Shown here: positions 18,137-29,295 of the stretch, piece by piece
Numbering within the stretch: position 1 is the stretch's first letter
Layout: each line of letters begins with the position of its first letter
Source: Anaerolineales bacterium
GTDB taxonomy: Bacteria > Chloroflexota > Anaerolineae > Anaerolineales > UBA4823
NCBI GenBank assembly: GCA_027494035.1
Contig: JAOSJQ010000001.1
Coordinates: 133,693-197,692, forward strand
Direction of reading: 5' to 3'
DNA length: 64,000 nucleotides
Program-made: the position numbers and the translations under genes
Notes under the pieces: model-generated
What the model saw: the letters and a program-made list of their open reading frames with translations, nothing else
The model's database searches: none
What the model was told of the DNA's origin: nothing

Positions 18137-19450
18137 ATGCTGCGAATTCTGCGTAAACTTAATTTCCAGGTCGCGCCTACCGGCGCGCCACTTGCTCAAG
18201 AGAGAAATTTTCTATACGTTCAAATCGACGCAATCGGGATCGGGCTTGCCAACGCCGCCAGCCCGTTCTTGCCCGTGTTTCTAGCCCGGCTGGGCGCTAC
18301 CAACTTTCAGGTCGGCTTGCTGACCGCCATGCCGGCTGCAACGGGTCTCGTGCTCGCCATTCTGGTGGGGAATTTTCTGCAATCCCGCCGCAACATCGTT
18401 CCCTGGTTTAGCGCCGCGCGCTTGATGGTGGTATCCGCCTACGCCGCCACGGGTCTGGCGCCCTTCCTCGTCTCGGGAGACCTTCTCATCACGACCATTT
18501 TAGCGATTTGGGCAATGGTGACGATACCGCAGACGGCGGTCGCAGTTGCCTTTTCGGTGGTGATGAACTCGGTGGCGGGTCCCTCTTTCCGCTACGACTT
18601 GATGAGCCGCCGCTGGTCTGTGCTCGGCTTGACGTCAGCGGTCACCGTCGCGCTGGTCGGGCGGGTTCTGGATCTGGTCAATTTCCCGATCAATTATCAG
18701 ATCGTCTTTATCGGTCTTTCTGCCGGCGGACTGCTCAGTTTCATTTTCTCCAGCCGCCTGAAAATCCCCGATACTCCGCCCAGAACTTCGCCGCCAGGCA
18801 GATCCATTGTCCAGCGCAGCCAGGATTACTTCAAGTTGATTGGGGAGCATCCGGATTTCATCCAATTTTCGCTCAAGCGTTTCGTGTACATGACCGGTAC
18901 GACGCTCGCGATCCCTCTATTCCCGTTATATTTTGTGCGCGAGCTCGACGCCAGCGATTCCGCCATCGGCATGATCAACATGGCGCAAACCGCGGTGCTG
19001 CTGATCGGGTATGCGCTGTGGACGCGCCAGAACCGCAAGCGCGGATCCCGATTTGTCCTCACGATCACCACCTTGGGTCTCAGCCTTTATCCGGCAATCG
19101 TGGCGCTTACCCACCAGGTGAACTGGATCATATTATTCGCGGGTCTTGCGGGGATCTTCCAGGCAGGGATTGATCTGGTTTTCTTTGATGAGTTGATGAA
19201 AACCGTCCCGGTGGAATTCAGCGCCACATTTGTCTCGCTCGCTCAAAGCTTGCAATACGCCTCAGCCATCCTGGCGCCAATCCTGGGGACTTTTCTGGCG
19301 TCTCAAATCGGATTGAGCGGGGCGTTGTTCGTCGCCACCGGAATCCGGTTAGCCGGCTTCTGCCTGTTTGCCTTTTGGACGCCCTCAAAAATCAGCAGCC
19401 TGATCGATAAAACGATCCCCTATTGTCAGATTCGTGTTAGAGAGATGTAA
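18137..19450 (+). CDS. MFS-type transporter
   Basis: 437 aa with about 12 hydrophobic segments in a 6+6 layout around a central basic loop (PRTSPPGRSIVQRSQ). Confidence 0.7.
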   Translation: MLRILRKLNFQVAPTGAPLAQERNFLYVQIDAIGIGLANAASPFLPVFLARLGATNFQVGLLTAMPAATGLVLAILVGNFLQSRRNIVPWFSAARLMVVSAYAATGLAPFLVSGDLLITTILAIWAMVTIPQTAVAVAFSVVMNSVAGPSFRYDLMSRRWSVLGLTSAVTVALVGRVLDLVNFPINYQIVFIGLSAGGLLSFIFSSRLKIPDTPPRTSPPGRSIVQRSQDYFKLIGEHPDFIQFSLKRFVYMTGTTLAIPLFPLYFVRELDASDSAIGMINMAQTAVLLIGYALWTRQNRKRGSRFVLTITTLGLSLYPAIVALTHQVNWIILFAGLAGIFQAGIDLVFFDELMKTVPVEFSATFVSLAQSLQYASAILAPILGTFLASQIGLSGALFVATGIRLAGFCLFAFWTPSKISSLIDKTIPYCQIRVREM

Positions 19451-19490
19451 ATATATCGTTAGAAATCTATACGATATATGCACAGAATAT

Positions 19491-19518
19491 TTACTTGGTC
19501 GCCGCATTATGCTATGAT
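19491..19518 (+). promoter_or_regulatory. putative promoter (TTACTT-16 nt-TGcTATGAT) of the M50 protease gene
   Basis: The hexamers and a TG extension lie in an AT-rich gap. A 9 bp inverted repeat ATATATCGT/ACGATATAT (19451-19479) sits just upstream. Confidence 0.4.
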
Positions 19519-19607
19519 GTATCTGCAAGCGTTGTTTTATCGTCGAAGCATTCGTATCTATCTAAAGAGAGATCAGTTGCATTACAGGTAAAGGAACGGA
19601 GAAGTCA

Positions 19608-20726
19608 ATGAACGCAAATTTCAATCTCGGAAAGATCAAAGGGATTCCCATTGGGATACACGCCAGTTGGTTCCTGGTCTTCTTTCTGGTCACATGGAGC
19701 CTGGCGTCCGGTTATCTGCCGCAAGAATATCCTCAAATTCCGACCGGGGTCATAATAATTCTGGCAGTTGCCACCAGCTTGCTGTTTTTCGGCTCAGTCT
19801 TGTTTCACGAACTGGGTCACTCGTTGATCGCGCTGCGCAACCAGATCCCGGTAAAAAGCATCACCCTTTTCATTTTTGGCGGTGTCGCTCAAATCGGGCG
19901 GGACCCCAAAACGCCCGGGGCTGAGTTCCGCATCGCCATCGCCGGTCCGCTCGCCAGCCTGTTCCTGGGCGGGCTGTTCGGCGGTCTGTACCTGCTCGGT
20001 CAGCACATCCCCTATCTGGCTGCTCCCAGCCTGTACCTCATGCGCATCAATCTGATCCTGGGAGTTTTCAATATGATTCCCGGCTTCCCATTGGATGGTG
20101 GACGGGTGCTGCGGTCAATCGTGTGGAAGCTCAGCGGCAATTACCTGCGCTCCACCCAAATCGCCTCCGCCGGCGGACAGATGGTCGCCTTTGGCTTTAT
20201 TGCCTTTGGTATCTTGTCCGTTTTCAACGGACAGTTGCTGAACGGTCTTTGGCTGGCTTTCATCGGATGGTTCTTGCAGAACGCCGCCGCCTCCGCTGCC
20301 CAACAGGTTAACGTGCAGGAGCGGCTGCGCGGGTCTACCGTCGCCCAGGCGATGAGCCGGGACTGCGCTCAAGTCCCCGGGTTGATGACCTTGAACCAGA
20401 TTGTTCAGGAACGCGTGCTCTCGCGCGGCCAGCACTCCTTTTTTGTCACAGATTTCAGCGGGACGAACATCGGCGCGCTGACCCTTCAGGACATCACCCA
20501 GATCCCCCAGCTTCAGTGGCGGTTTACTACCGCTCAAACCGTCATGACCCCGCTTCACAAACTTGTCACCGTCGACACGGACATGGAGCTCCTCGCGGCT
20601 CTCCAAAAAATGGAAGAGGCGAACCTCACCCAAGTGTCAGTTGTCGATGATGATAGGCTAGTTGGTATTTTGTCAAGAGAAAACATCGCGAGCTATTTGA
20701 AGCTGCGCAGCGCCCTCAAGATGTAG
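19608..20726 (+). CDS. site-2 protease family (peptidase M50) with C-terminal CBS pair
   Basis: HELGH zinc motif in a TM helix, NMIPGFPLDGGRVL second motif, and a C-terminal CBS-like pair. Confidence 0.85.
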   Translation: MNANFNLGKIKGIPIGIHASWFLVFFLVTWSLASGYLPQEYPQIPTGVIIILAVATSLLFFGSVLFHELGHSLIALRNQIPVKSITLFIFGGVAQIGRDPKTPGAEFRIAIAGPLASLFLGGLFGGLYLLGQHIPYLAAPSLYLMRINLILGVFNMIPGFPLDGGRVLRSIVWKLSGNYLRSTQIASAGGQMVAFGFIAFGILSVFNGQLLNGLWLAFIGWFLQNAAASAAQQVNVQERLRGSTVAQAMSRDCAQVPGLMTLNQIVQERVLSRGQHSFFVTDFSGTNIGALTLQDITQIPQLQWRFTTAQTVMTPLHKLVTVDTDMELLAALQKMEEANLTQVSVVDDDRLVGILSRENIASYLKLRSALKM

Positions 20727-20757
20727 CCTGAGAACACCCTCATAACCTTACCATTAG

Positions 20758-20796
20758 CGTGTGCCATCCCGCAGCATTGCTGTGAGATGGCACACG
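20758..20796. other. perfect 11 bp inverted repeat between convergent genes
   Basis: CGTGTGCCATC-17 nt-GATGGCACACG. No U tract follows on either strand. Confidence 0.4.
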
Positions 20797-20823
20797 AAAA
20801 ATATCAGGCGGCGCAGTTGAAAA

Positions 20824-22212
20824 TTACTCGAGCGGCAGCGCGACCCTCGGCAAATGTCTAAGCGACGCCTGCAAGGCTGCTTCTGGAAAAACATAATTTT
20901 CCAGTTTGCCGCCAAAATAGGCTTCATAAGCCGCCATATCGAAGTTCCCATGCCCCGAAAGGTTAAAGAGAATAACCCGCTTCTCGCCCTTCTCCTTGGC
21001 GTCCAGCGCTTCATCGATCGCAGTTCGGATGGCATGCGCGCTTTCAGGGGCAGGGATGATCCCCTCTGAACGGGCAAAAAGAATCGCGGCTTCGAACGTA
21101 GGCAACTGGGGCAGCGCCACTGCCTGGATGTGACCCGCATCATAAAGCGCGCATAAGGTGGGCGCCATACCATGATAGCGCAGTCCGCCGGCGTGAATCG
21201 CGGGCGGCATAAAGGCATGTCCAAGCGTGTGCATTTTGACAATCGGCGCCATTTGGGCAGTGTCGCCATAATCGAAAGTATATATGCCGCGCGTAAGGGA
21301 GGGGGTCGCGTCTGGCTCCACTGCTACCAGACGGGTATTCTTCCCTTCCCGCAAATTCTGACGCAGAAACGGAAAAGCAATCCCTGCAAAATTCGATCCG
21401 CCGCCAACGCAGCCGATCACAACGTCTGGATACTCGCCAGCCATATCCATCTGCTTCAACGCTTCCTCGCCGATGACGCTCTGGTGAAGCAGCACGTGAT
21501 GCAACACAGATCCGAGGCTGTATTTCTTTGCGCCTCCAGATGTTGCGGCAACCTCGACCGCCTCTGAGATCGCAATGCCGAGCGAGCCGGGTGTTTCAGG
21601 GTCTTGCGCAAGCAGGCTGCGCCCATAATTGGTGCGATCGGTCGGGCTGGCGAACACCTGAGCGCCATAAGTCTCCATCATCAACCGGCGGTAGGGTTTT
21701 TGGTCATAAGAAACCCGGACCATGTAAACTTCAAGGTCTAGATTGAAGAAGCTGCAGGCTAAAGCCAGAGCGGATCCCCATTGTCCCGCGCCGGTTTCGG
21801 TTGTCAACGCCTTTGTTCCTGCGAGCTTGTTGTAATACGCCTGGGCAATCGCTGTATTGGGTTTGTGGCTGCCGGCTGGGGATACCCCTTCGTGCTTGAA
21901 GTAGATGTGCGCCGGGGTGTCCAGCGCTTTCTCGAGCCGGCGGGCGCGCAACAACGGCGTGGGGCGGTACAGTCGGTAAATCTCGCGCACTTCTTCGGGG
22001 ATCTCGATATAACGCTCTGTGCTGATCTCTTGAAGGATCAGATCCATCGGGAAGAGCACAGATAGGAAGTCCGGGGTGACCGGCTCCAACGTTTGGGGGT
22101 GAAGCACCGGCGCCGGCGGGACTGGGCTGTCCGCGTTGATGTTGTACCAGAACTTCGGCAGATCGGCTTCACCGAGAATAAAACGGGTTTGATTGGATGA
22201 TTGAGTGTTCAT
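20824..22212 (-). CDS. trpB2: tryptophan synthase beta-like protein, TrpB2 type
   Basis: Start ATG at 22212 is preceded by GGAGGA. The N-terminal extension with FWYNI.., the PLP-dependent fold (HKPNTA..., GGGSNFAG) and ~460 aa length are typical of TrpB2. No trpA is adjacent. Confidence 0.85.
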   Translation of the reverse strand: MNTQSSNQTRFILGEADLPKFWYNINADSPVPPAPVLHPQTLEPVTPDFLSVLFPMDLILQEISTERYIEIPEEVREIYRLYRPTPLLRARRLEKALDTPAHIYFKHEGVSPAGSHKPNTAIAQAYYNKLAGTKALTTETGAGQWGSALALACSFFNLDLEVYMVRVSYDQKPYRRLMMETYGAQVFASPTDRTNYGRSLLAQDPETPGSLGIAISEAVEVAATSGGAKKYSLGSVLHHVLLHQSVIGEEALKQMDMAGEYPDVVIGCVGGGSNFAGIAFPFLRQNLREGKNTRLVAVEPDATPSLTRGIYTFDYGDTAQMAPIVKMHTLGHAFMPPAIHAGGLRYHGMAPTLCALYDAGHIQAVALPQLPTFEAAILFARSEGIIPAPESAHAIRTAIDEALDAKEKGEKRVILFNLSGHGNFDMAAYEAYFGGKLENYVFPEAALQASLRHLPRVALPLE

Positions 22213-22292
22213 GTTTTCCTCCGAACTTTGATTTTGATCGACGAACTCACTTGCTTGTCTCAGCGGACGAGCCGTTCTGACCGGCAGCGGGT

Positions 22293-22329
22293 AATAAAAA
22301 ACGCTCGTCCCAATTGGGGACGAACGCTC
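22293..22329 (-). terminator. intrinsic terminator of the T-box leader
   Basis: Minus strand reads GAGCGTTCGTCCCCAATTGGGACGAGCG followed by TTTTTTATT. It lies immediately 3' of the T-box sequence. Confidence 0.8.
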
Positions 22330-22620
22330 TGGGATTTTTTCAATCCACGCCCGTGGTGCCACCCCGGTTAGGCTCGCTCCACCTTAATGAAAAAACCTGC
22401 CGGTGATGCGACAGGGATTTTGTTGGAGACCAGCCTCACTCGTTTCGGGTACTAACATACCCTTTGCCCTGATAACGGTGGCAACTCCGGCGCAGGCTAC
22501 TCGACTTTAGCGGTCTTTCACCCTGCAACTCCAAGGTCCATTCCGCATCTCCGTGCGGGCGGCTTTTCACCTGCTGCCGCTCTCTGTACCGCCGGTGCGA
22601 TGCTTACTCGCCCTCTTCGT
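22293..22620 (-). promoter_or_regulatory. T-box riboswitch leader, tryptophan specifier (UGG)
   Basis: Minus-strand elements: GAGUA (S-turn), ACAGAGAGC (AG bay), GGUGAAAAG (distal loop), and stem GCAUC/GAUGC followed by GGAA-UGG-A (specifier codon at 22538-22540). Also an F-box CCGUUA, the T-box GGGGUGGCACCACGGGCG (about 22349-22366), and then the terminator. Confidence 0.85.
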
Positions 22621-22659
22621 AGTTTTTTAGAGATCAATTTTTTGGATCAGATTGGGTGG

Positions 22660-22687
22660 ATTATAAGCCAAGCTCCAAATCTGTCAA
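22660..22687 (-). promoter_or_regulatory. consensus sigma-70-type promoter TTGACA-16 nt-TATAAT driving the T-box/trpB2 unit
   Basis: -35 at 22682-22687 overlaps the folA stop codon. -10 at 22660-22665. Confidence 0.65.
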
Positions 22688-23205
22688 GGGCGGCTTTCCA
22701 CATTTTTACCTGCATCAATCCGCACCAATCGGGAAAAATCAAAGGCGTAGTCATTTTCTGGATTTTGGGGATGATGGCTGCGCTCCAACTCAACCCAACC
22801 GTTCCAATCCATATCCGGAAAGAACACATCGCAGCCTGCGTCCACTTGCACGCGCGTCAGATAGATTTGATCTGCCTGCGGAAGGACTCCCGCAAAAACC
22901 TGCCCGCCGCCAACCACCATGAGTTCGACTTCACCACGCGCCTCTGCCAGTTCAATCGCGGCGTTGAGGCTGGTTGCTCGCAGGATACCCGGGGCGGAAA
23001 AATCCTCATTGCGGGTCAGCACAATTGTCGTCCTGCCTGGCAGGCTTCGCCCGATCGATTCGTACGTTTTACGCCCCATCAGCATATGGTGCCCGCTGGT
23101 GATCGCTTTGAACAGCTTTAGGTCTGCGCGCAAATGCCAGGGGAGGCGACCTTCTTTCCCAATCCCATTCCGAAGATCCACCGCTGCGACCAGCGAGATA
23201 ATCAC
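22684..23205 (-). CDS. folA: dihydrofolate reductase
   Basis: [22 protein letters not shown]...[10 protein letters not shown]. 173 aa. Overlaps the thyA stop. Confidence 0.92.
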   Translation of the reverse strand: MIISLVAAVDLRNGIGKEGRLPWHLRADLKLFKAITSGHHMLMGRKTYESIGRSLPGRTTIVLTRNEDFSAPGILRATSLNAAIELAEARGEVELMVVGGGQVFAGVLPQADQIYLTRVQVDAGCDVFFPDMDWNGWVELERSHHPQNPENDYAFDFSRLVRIDAGKNVESRP

Positions 23206-23996
23206 ACCGAGACCTCCGCCTTGATGTGCGGGTGAGCCTGGTAATCCACCAGTTCGAAGTCCTCGAAACTAAAGTCAAAGATCGACTTGACTTGAGGGTT
23301 GATTTTCATTTGCGGGAGCGGAAACGGTGAACGCGTAAGCTGCAGCTTGGCTTGTTCAATATGGTTACAGTACAGGTGAACGTCTCCAAACGTATGCACA
23401 AAATCTCCCGGCTGCAGGTCGCACACCTGCGCTACCATCATCGCCAGGAGCGAATACGAGGCGATGTTAAACGGGACGCCCAGGAAGACATCGGCTGAAC
23501 GTTGATATAGCTGGCACGAGAGGCGACCGCGCGACACATAGAATTGGAACAAAGTGTGGCAGGGCGGCAGCGCCATCCGATTGATTTCAGCCGGGTTCCA
23601 GGCGCTCACAATCAGCCGGCGCGAGGTCGGGTTTTTCTTGATTTGTTCCACCACCCAGGTGATTTGATCGATAGAGCGACCGTCGTTGGTCTGCCAGTTG
23701 CGCCACTGGCTGCCATATACTGGGCCCAGATTCCCATCCTCATCCGCCCATTCGTCCCAGATGCGCACCCCATGCTCGGTGAGGTAGGCGATGTTCGTTT
23801 CACCCTTCAAAAACCACAGAAGCTCATAAATGATCGAACGCAGGTGCAGCTTCTTCGTCGTGAGGATGGGAAAACCATCCGCAAGATTAAAGCGCATCTG
23901 GTATCCAAAAACCGAGAGCGTACCCGTCCCGGTGCGATCATCCTTGGCGTCCCCCGATTCAAGAAGATGGTCGAGCAATTCCAGATATTGTCTCAT
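23202..23996 (-). CDS. thyA: thymidylate synthase
   Basis: MRQYLELL..., [19 protein letters not shown], and the C-terminal end in ...AEVSV. 264 aa. Confidence 0.95.
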   Translation of the reverse strand: MRQYLELLDHLLESGDAKDDRTGTGTLSVFGYQMRFNLADGFPILTTKKLHLRSIIYELLWFLKGETNIAYLTEHGVRIWDEWADEDGNLGPVYGSQWRNWQTNDGRSIDQITWVVEQIKKNPTSRRLIVSAWNPAEINRMALPPCHTLFQFYVSRGRLSCQLYQRSADVFLGVPFNIASYSLLAMMVAQVCDLQPGDFVHTFGDVHLYCNHIEQAKLQLTRSPFPLPQMKINPQVKSIFDFSFEDFELVDYQAHPHIKAEVSV

Positions 23997-24924
23997 GTCG
24001 GCTCACCTCTAATAACGATCTGGCTTTTTCTATATCCTGATGAACCTGCTGGACCAATCCCTCGATGTTCTCGAAGCGCTGTTCGTCCCGCAGACGGAAT
24101 AAGAATGAAAGTGATACCTGCTTACGATACAGGTCCTGGTCGAAATCGATTATGTGAGCTTCAACGTGGGGATACTCCTCTTGTTGGTCAAAAGTGGGTC
24201 GGTATCCAATGTTGGAAACAGCCGGATGCGCGCTGCCATCCACGGCTGCCCAGCCGGCATACACCCCTGGTTTTAGCAGTGCGCGCTCCCGCCATACTTC
24301 AAGATTGGCAGTTGGGATGCCAAGCGTTTTGCCCCGCCCATCCCCATGCACCACCTCGCCGGATATCTGGTATGGTCGGCTCAGCAACCTTTGGACGGTA
24401 CTGACATCTCCTTCGCTCAGCGCCTGGCGCACCCAGCTTGAAGAGACAACCCGCCCGTCCAAGGTCACCGGCTGCAGCGCCTGGACGCGGTAACCAAACT
24501 GCCTGCCAAGCTGTTCCAACCGGGGAAGATCGCCCTCACGGTTGTGACCCAGCGCAAAATCACTCCCGATGCACAGGCGCTTGAAGCCCAGCCTTTGATG
24601 CAAATAGCTTACGAAATCCCGCGCCGATAGCTGCGCCAATTGCCGATTGAAAGGATGGCTGATCATGTAATCCAGACCCATTTCAGCCAATAGCTGAGCC
24701 TTCTCCTCCGGCGTAGTGAGATAAAAAGCGCCGGATCGTTTGCCAAGCACGACGCCCGGATGGGGATAAAAGGTTAGCACAACCGAGGGGACGTGATCTT
24801 CACGCGCGCCGTGGACGATCTGGTTCACAATCTTCTGGTGTCCAAGGTGAACGCCATCGAATGACCCGATTGTCAACCACGATCCGCTCAGACCTAGCCC
24901 ATCGATCGACCATAGATGCTGCAT
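23959..24924 (-). CDS. ribF: bifunctional riboflavin kinase / FMN adenylyltransferase
   Basis: [13 protein letters not shown]-terminal motif and a C-terminal riboflavin kinase domain ([12 protein letters not shown]). 321 aa. Confidence 0.92.
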   Translation of the reverse strand: MQHLWSIDGLGLSGSWLTIGSFDGVHLGHQKIVNQIVHGAREDHVPSVVLTFYPHPGVVLGKRSGAFYLTTPEEKAQLLAEMGLDYMISHPFNRQLAQLSARDFVSYLHQRLGFKRLCIGSDFALGHNREGDLPRLEQLGRQFGYRVQALQPVTLDGRVVSSSWVRQALSEGDVSTVQRLLSRPYQISGEVVHGDGRGKTLGIPTANLEVWRERALLKPGVYAGWAAVDGSAHPAVSNIGYRPTFDQQEEYPHVEAHIIDFDQDLYRKQVSLSFLFRLRDEQRFENIEGLVQQVHQDIEKARSLLEVSRHETISGIARPSS

Positions 24925-25008
24925 CGTTTGCTGTCCCTTGAAATCCCGTTCCGCCCAGAGAAGATCAAGCCAGGAACCAAATCCGTAGCGCTTCTTGATC
25001 GAAGACCG

Positions 25009-25959
25009 TTAAGATTGGAAGAATACTTTGCGCGGCTGCCATTCCTGCGTTTCAGGATCGATTTCCAGCAGCGCCACCAGATCCCCTTGCTGGCTGACAC
25101 CGCGCGCCAGCCCTTTCTGGTCGGGTCCAGCCGCAATTCGGTGACCGTGGCGGATCAACTCGACCTGATCTGCATCCAGTTCGATCATGGGCCAGTCGGT
25201 CAGGGCTTCCGCGGCGGGGATGAGTTGGCGGTACCAGTCTCCGGCTTCGAAAGCCTCTTGCAGCCTCCGGAGCGGCACGGCATCGCGCAAAGTGAAACGC
25301 CCGCTTTTCGTCCGCCTGAGCCCCACCAGGTGAGCGCCGGTCCCCAGCGCTTTGCCCATGTCGTTTGCCAGCGAGCGCACGTAAGTGCCAGAGGAGCAAT
25401 AGACATCGATGACCACTTCCGGCGGCGCCCATTCCAGCACTTCCAGGCTGTAGACGTTGATCATGCGCGGCTCGAGCTCGAATTCCTCGCCGTCGCGTGC
25501 CATGTCGTACGCTTTGCGCCCCTGAACTTTCACTGCGGAATATGGGGGCGGGATTTGCTCGATCTCACCGACAAACTGTTGCAGCACCTCGTTGAACCGC
25601 TCCTCAGTAATATCCTCAATCGAGGCTGAATCAGTGATGCTGCCTTCAGCGTCATAAGTATCGGTCGAACTCCCCAGCCGGATCGTCGCCTGATAGCGTT
25701 TATCCGAGGCTGAGACATATTCGCTCAACCGCACCGCCGGACCAATCAAAATGACCAGCACACCCGAGGCGCGCGGATCCAACGTGCCGGTGTGACCCGC
25801 CCGCCGGATGCCCGTGCCGCGCCGAATAATCTGAACCACATCGTGCGATGTGAGACCGATTGGTTTGTCCACAACCAGAACGCCAGAAACCACATTCTTG
25901 ATATTCTCGCGATCTTCTCGCTTGTTTTTTGGGTCTTGTAAAGGATCATTATTAAACAT
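25009..25959 (-). CDS. truB: tRNA pseudouridine(55) synthase
   Basis: VDKPIGLTSHDVV and GHTGTLDP catalytic Asp motif, with a PUA-like C-terminus. Confidence 0.93.
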   Translation of the reverse strand: MFNNDPLQDPKNKREDRENIKNVVSGVLVVDKPIGLTSHDVVQIIRRGTGIRRAGHTGTLDPRASGVLVILIGPAVRLSEYVSASDKRYQATIRLGSSTDTYDAEGSITDSASIEDITEERFNEVLQQFVGEIEQIPPPYSAVKVQGRKAYDMARDGEEFELEPRMINVYSLEVLEWAPPEVVIDVYCSSGTYVRSLANDMGKALGTGAHLVGLRRTKSGRFTLRDAVPLRRLQEAFEAGDWYRQLIPAAEALTDWPMIELDADQVELIRHGHRIAAGPDQKGLARGVSQQGDLVALLEIDPETQEWQPRKVFFQS

Positions 25960-26920
25960 GACGTCCTCCCGTTAAAGCCAGTCGAGTCCGTTCGAGCGCT
26001 TTGTCTTGCACTTCCTGCATCGCGCCCGGGATTTCCGCTCCAGCAGCCGCGGCATGACCACCGCCGCCAAATTCTTTCGCCACCACCGCTACATCAAAAC
26101 CCGGTTGGGCTCGCCAGCTCACTTTAATATTTCCATTTGGCTGTTCGACAAAGATCATCGAAACATCCATCTCATCAATGGATGATAGCACATTAATTAA
26201 ATCCGCATCATCGCGGCCCGGATAGTTGGCTGCCCGCCGGTCGTTCATTGTCAGGCTGGTCCAGACCAGGCGATCCGCTTGTTCGAGTTTCGCCAGCCCA
26301 AAACTCCAGAATTTTACCGCTTCGAAAGACCGGCTCACCAGCGCGCGCCGGTAAAGTTCTGGTAAGTCCACGCTTGTTTCCATCAGCCGCGCTACCAGAT
26401 AAAAGGTCTCGGGGCGTACGTTCGAGGTCCTGAAGCCCAGCGTATCGGTAATCAAGCCAGTCAGCAGCGCCGCAGCAACGGGCGGGGTTAGGCTCAATTC
26501 TAAATCGTTCAACAGAGCGTAAATGATCTCTGCAGTGGCAACCGCATGCGCGTCCACCAGGTTTAACTCGGCAAACTCTTCATTTGTGATGTGATGATCG
26601 ATATTGATATCCGGAGCAGGCTTGCCATCCAAAGCTTTGCCAACGCGACCCAAGTCCGAACAATCCACGACAATCACAAGATCAAACTCGCCTTCGGCTT
26701 TCTTTCGAATCTGATCGCTCCCCGTCAGGCGCCGCAAGCTGAGAGGGATACCGTCCTCAATTACCATTTGGACCTGACGCCCGCTCTCTTGAAGCGCCAG
26801 ACCCAACCCGAGCAAAGAGCCAACGGCATCCCCATCCGGTTTGATGTGCGTAACCAGCAATATTCGATTTGACTGTTGGATCTTCTCAACAGCTTTCCGA
26901 TTGGGATATTTACTCTGCAT
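25952..26920 (-). CDS. nrnA: DHH/DHHA1 phosphoesterase (NrnA-type nanoRNase/pAp phosphatase)
   Basis: H..PDGDAVGS, DHH, and the GGGH motif. It sits between rbfA and truB. Confidence 0.8.
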   Translation of the reverse strand: MQSKYPNRKAVEKIQQSNRILLVTHIKPDGDAVGSLLGLGLALQESGRQVQMVIEDGIPLSLRRLTGSDQIRKKAEGEFDLVIVVDCSDLGRVGKALDGKPAPDINIDHHITNEEFAELNLVDAHAVATAEIIYALLNDLELSLTPPVAAALLTGLITDTLGFRTSNVRPETFYLVARLMETSVDLPELYRRALVSRSFEAVKFWSFGLAKLEQADRLVWTSLTMNDRRAANYPGRDDADLINVLSSIDEMDVSMIFVEQPNGNIKVSWRAQPGFDVAVVAKEFGGGGHAAAAGAEIPGAMQEVQDKALERTRLALTGGRHV

Positions 26921-27338
26921 TTTCGATTCTAGAGGTATCCTTATCCTCCGGGGTGTCCGGTGTGGTTCCAGCCGGGATGTCGGTCTGGCTTTCTTCCGAG
27001 TGCAGTGAAGCGATAATCTCTTCGATGCGCGCGGCTTTTTCCGCCGTCGAATCCCAATAAAAGCGCAGCCGCGGAAAAGTGTGCAGTTCGATCCGCTGCG
27101 CCAGGCTTGAGCGCAAATATCCTGAAGCGTGCTTCAAGCCGTCCAGGACCTCTTTCGATCGCTCTTCACCTTCCAGAATTGACACATGGATGTCGGCATA
27201 TGCCAATTCTCGATCAACTTTTACACCGGTAATCAGCAAACCATCCAGCCGCGGGTCTAAAGCCTCCTGATGTAGTATCTCAGCCAGGTCTTCGCGTATA
27301 CGCTCAGCAATCCGCTCCAAACGCAGTTTTGAAACCAC
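26910..27338 (-). CDS. rbfA: ribosome-binding factor A
   Basis: KLRLERIAERIREDLAEIL.... A GTG at 27338 preceded by GAGGTG is preferred over the track ATG at 27404, which would overlap infB. Acidic C-terminal tail. Confidence 0.8.
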   Translation of the reverse strand: MVSKLRLERIAERIREDLAEILHQEALDPRLDGLLITGVKVDRELAYADIHVSILEGEERSKEVLDGLKHASGYLRSSLAQRIELHTFPRLRFYWDSTAEKAARIEEIIASLHSEESQTDIPAGTTPDTPEDKDTSRIENAE

Positions 27339-27358
27339 AATGCACCTCGTTTCGCAGC

Positions 27359-29164
27359 CTAGAACACCGACTCTTCTACCGCCGCTTTTTCGATAGTATA
27401 GCATTCCAGTTTATCGCCAACTTCGATCCCATCAAAGTTTTTAATTCCGATGCCGCATTCAAAGCCCGTCCGGACTTCGCGCACGTCCTCCTGCAAATGC
27501 TTCAAAGATGAGATTGGTCCCTCATGAATAACCTTGCCCTGACGGAAAACGCGGATGCGGGCATTACGGCGGATTTCTCCATCGACGACTTTGCAGCCCG
27601 CGATATTACCCAGCTTCGAAATGCGAAACACCGCTCTGACCTCGGCGTGACCAAGCGTATTTTCCTTCTCTTCAGGAGGAAGCATGCCCTTCAGCGCTTT
27701 TTCGACATCCTCGGTGAGCCGGTAGATAATTTCGTAGTTACGGATCGAAATCCCTTCCGCTTCCGCCAGCCGGCGCGCGGCTGCATCCGCCGAAACGTTG
27801 AAACCGATCACCACCGCTTTTGAGGCGGCAGCCAGCATCACATCGCTCTCGGTGATGTTTCCGGTTTCGGCGTGCAGGATGTTGATATTGATATCGCCGC
27901 TGCTCAAGTCATTTAAGCTGGAAACAATCGGTTCAAGCGAACCCTGAACATCTGCCTTGATGATCATGCGCAGTTCGCGAACTTCGCCAGCCTGAAAACG
28001 GTCGAAGAGCTGTTCCAAAGTGACGGCGCTCTTGGGTGAAGCGCTGGCTTTGTCCATTGCCTGGTGCCGTTCGTTGACGATGTCGCGCGCTTCTCGCTCC
28101 GAATCAACGACATAAAACAATTCACCTGCCGGAGGCACCTCGCTGAGACCCATCACGGAGACAGGCGTTGAGGGCCCGGCTTTGCTAATCTTGCGCCCAT
28201 AATGATCGAACATCGCCCGCAAACGACCGAAAGCTATACCGGCGACTACCTCGTCGCCCACTTTCAGGGTTCCGTTTTGAACCAAAAGCGAAGCCAGGAC
28301 GCCTTTCGATTTGTCCAGTTCGGCTTCGATCACGGTGCCGATCACTTTTCCTTTTGGATTGGCTTGAATATCCATATTCTCTGCCACCAGTAGGATTGCT
28401 TCCAGTAAATCTTCGATGCCTTGCTGCTTCTTGGCAGAAATTGGCACAACGATCGTATCGCCATCCCAATCATCGGGGACCAGACCGTTTTCCGCCAATT
28501 GCTGCTTAACTCGTTCTTGATCCGCATTGGGTCGGTCGGTTTTATTCAACGCCACAATGATCGGGACGCGCGCGGCTTTGGCGTGTGCGATTGCTTCCCG
28601 GGTTTGCGGCATTACCCCGTCATCCGCGGCGACGACCAGGATCACAATGTCAGCACCCTGTGCGCCGCGCGCGCGCATTGCCGTAAACGCAGAGTGACCC
28701 GGCGTGTCCAGAAATGTGATTGTCCTGCCGTTAAACTCCACCTGATATGCGCCGATATGTTGGGTAATTCCGCCTGCCTCGCCGGCAGCCACATCGGTGT
28801 GGCGTATGGCATCCAATAAAGTCGTTTTGCCGTGATCCACGTGCCCCAGGATGGTGACGACTGGCGGGCGCTGGGTCAGAGCGGCTTGATCCTCGCCGGC
28901 GATCATCCGCCGCCATAATGGGATTTCGCCCCGTTCTTCTTCCTCATCTTCCAGCGTTTCCAGCGTGGCTTCGTAACCCATCTCTGCGGCGATTATTGCG
29001 GCAGTGTCAAAATCGATTTGTTGGTTGATGTTCGCCATAACCCCATTCGACATCAAACTCTTGATGACCTCGATGGGGCTTGATTGAATCGAATTTGCCA
29101 GTTCTCTAACGGTGATTGTTGGGGGTAATTCGATCGTTTTCGGGTGACGCTCAATATCACTCAT
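27359..29164 (-). CDS. infB: translation initiation factor IF-2
   Basis: [17 protein letters not shown] and NKTD G-domain motifs. 601 aa, a short N-terminal form. Confidence 0.95.
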   Translation of the reverse strand: MSDIERHPKTIELPPTITVRELANSIQSSPIEVIKSLMSNGVMANINQQIDFDTAAIIAAEMGYEATLETLEDEEEERGEIPLWRRMIAGEDQAALTQRPPVVTILGHVDHGKTTLLDAIRHTDVAAGEAGGITQHIGAYQVEFNGRTITFLDTPGHSAFTAMRARGAQGADIVILVVAADDGVMPQTREAIAHAKAARVPIIVALNKTDRPNADQERVKQQLAENGLVPDDWDGDTIVVPISAKKQQGIEDLLEAILLVAENMDIQANPKGKVIGTVIEAELDKSKGVLASLLVQNGTLKVGDEVVAGIAFGRLRAMFDHYGRKISKAGPSTPVSVMGLSEVPPAGELFYVVDSEREARDIVNERHQAMDKASASPKSAVTLEQLFDRFQAGEVRELRMIIKADVQGSLEPIVSSLNDLSSGDININILHAETGNITESDVMLAAASKAVVIGFNVSADAAARRLAEAEGISIRNYEIIYRLTEDVEKALKGMLPPEEKENTLGHAEVRAVFRISKLGNIAGCKVVDGEIRRNARIRVFRQGKVIHEGPISSLKHLQEDVREVRTGFECGIGIKNFDGIEVGDKLECYTIEKAAVEESVF

Positions 29165-29264
29165 ATGGCACCTCCTATTTCATAACTTACAATTCCGTGC
29201 CTTGATGAGCGATCTGAGCAGCGCGCAGGTTGCTACACGTTCATCTTGGTCCGGAGTAACTCGG

Positions 29265-29295
29265 TTGCTGACAGACAGGAATAGTCTGTCAGCAA
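29265..29295 (-). other. perfect 12 bp hairpin in the ylxR-infB spacer
   Basis: TTGCTGACAGAC-7 nt-GTCTGTCAGCAA. No clear U tract follows on the minus strand. Confidence 0.5.

Noticed and set aside
22600-23121. 173 aa plus-strand ORF spanning the T-box promoter and folA.
   Set aside because: It is antisense to folA, which has clear DHFR motifs, and its 5' part overlaps the T-box leader and promoter. No coding signal is present.
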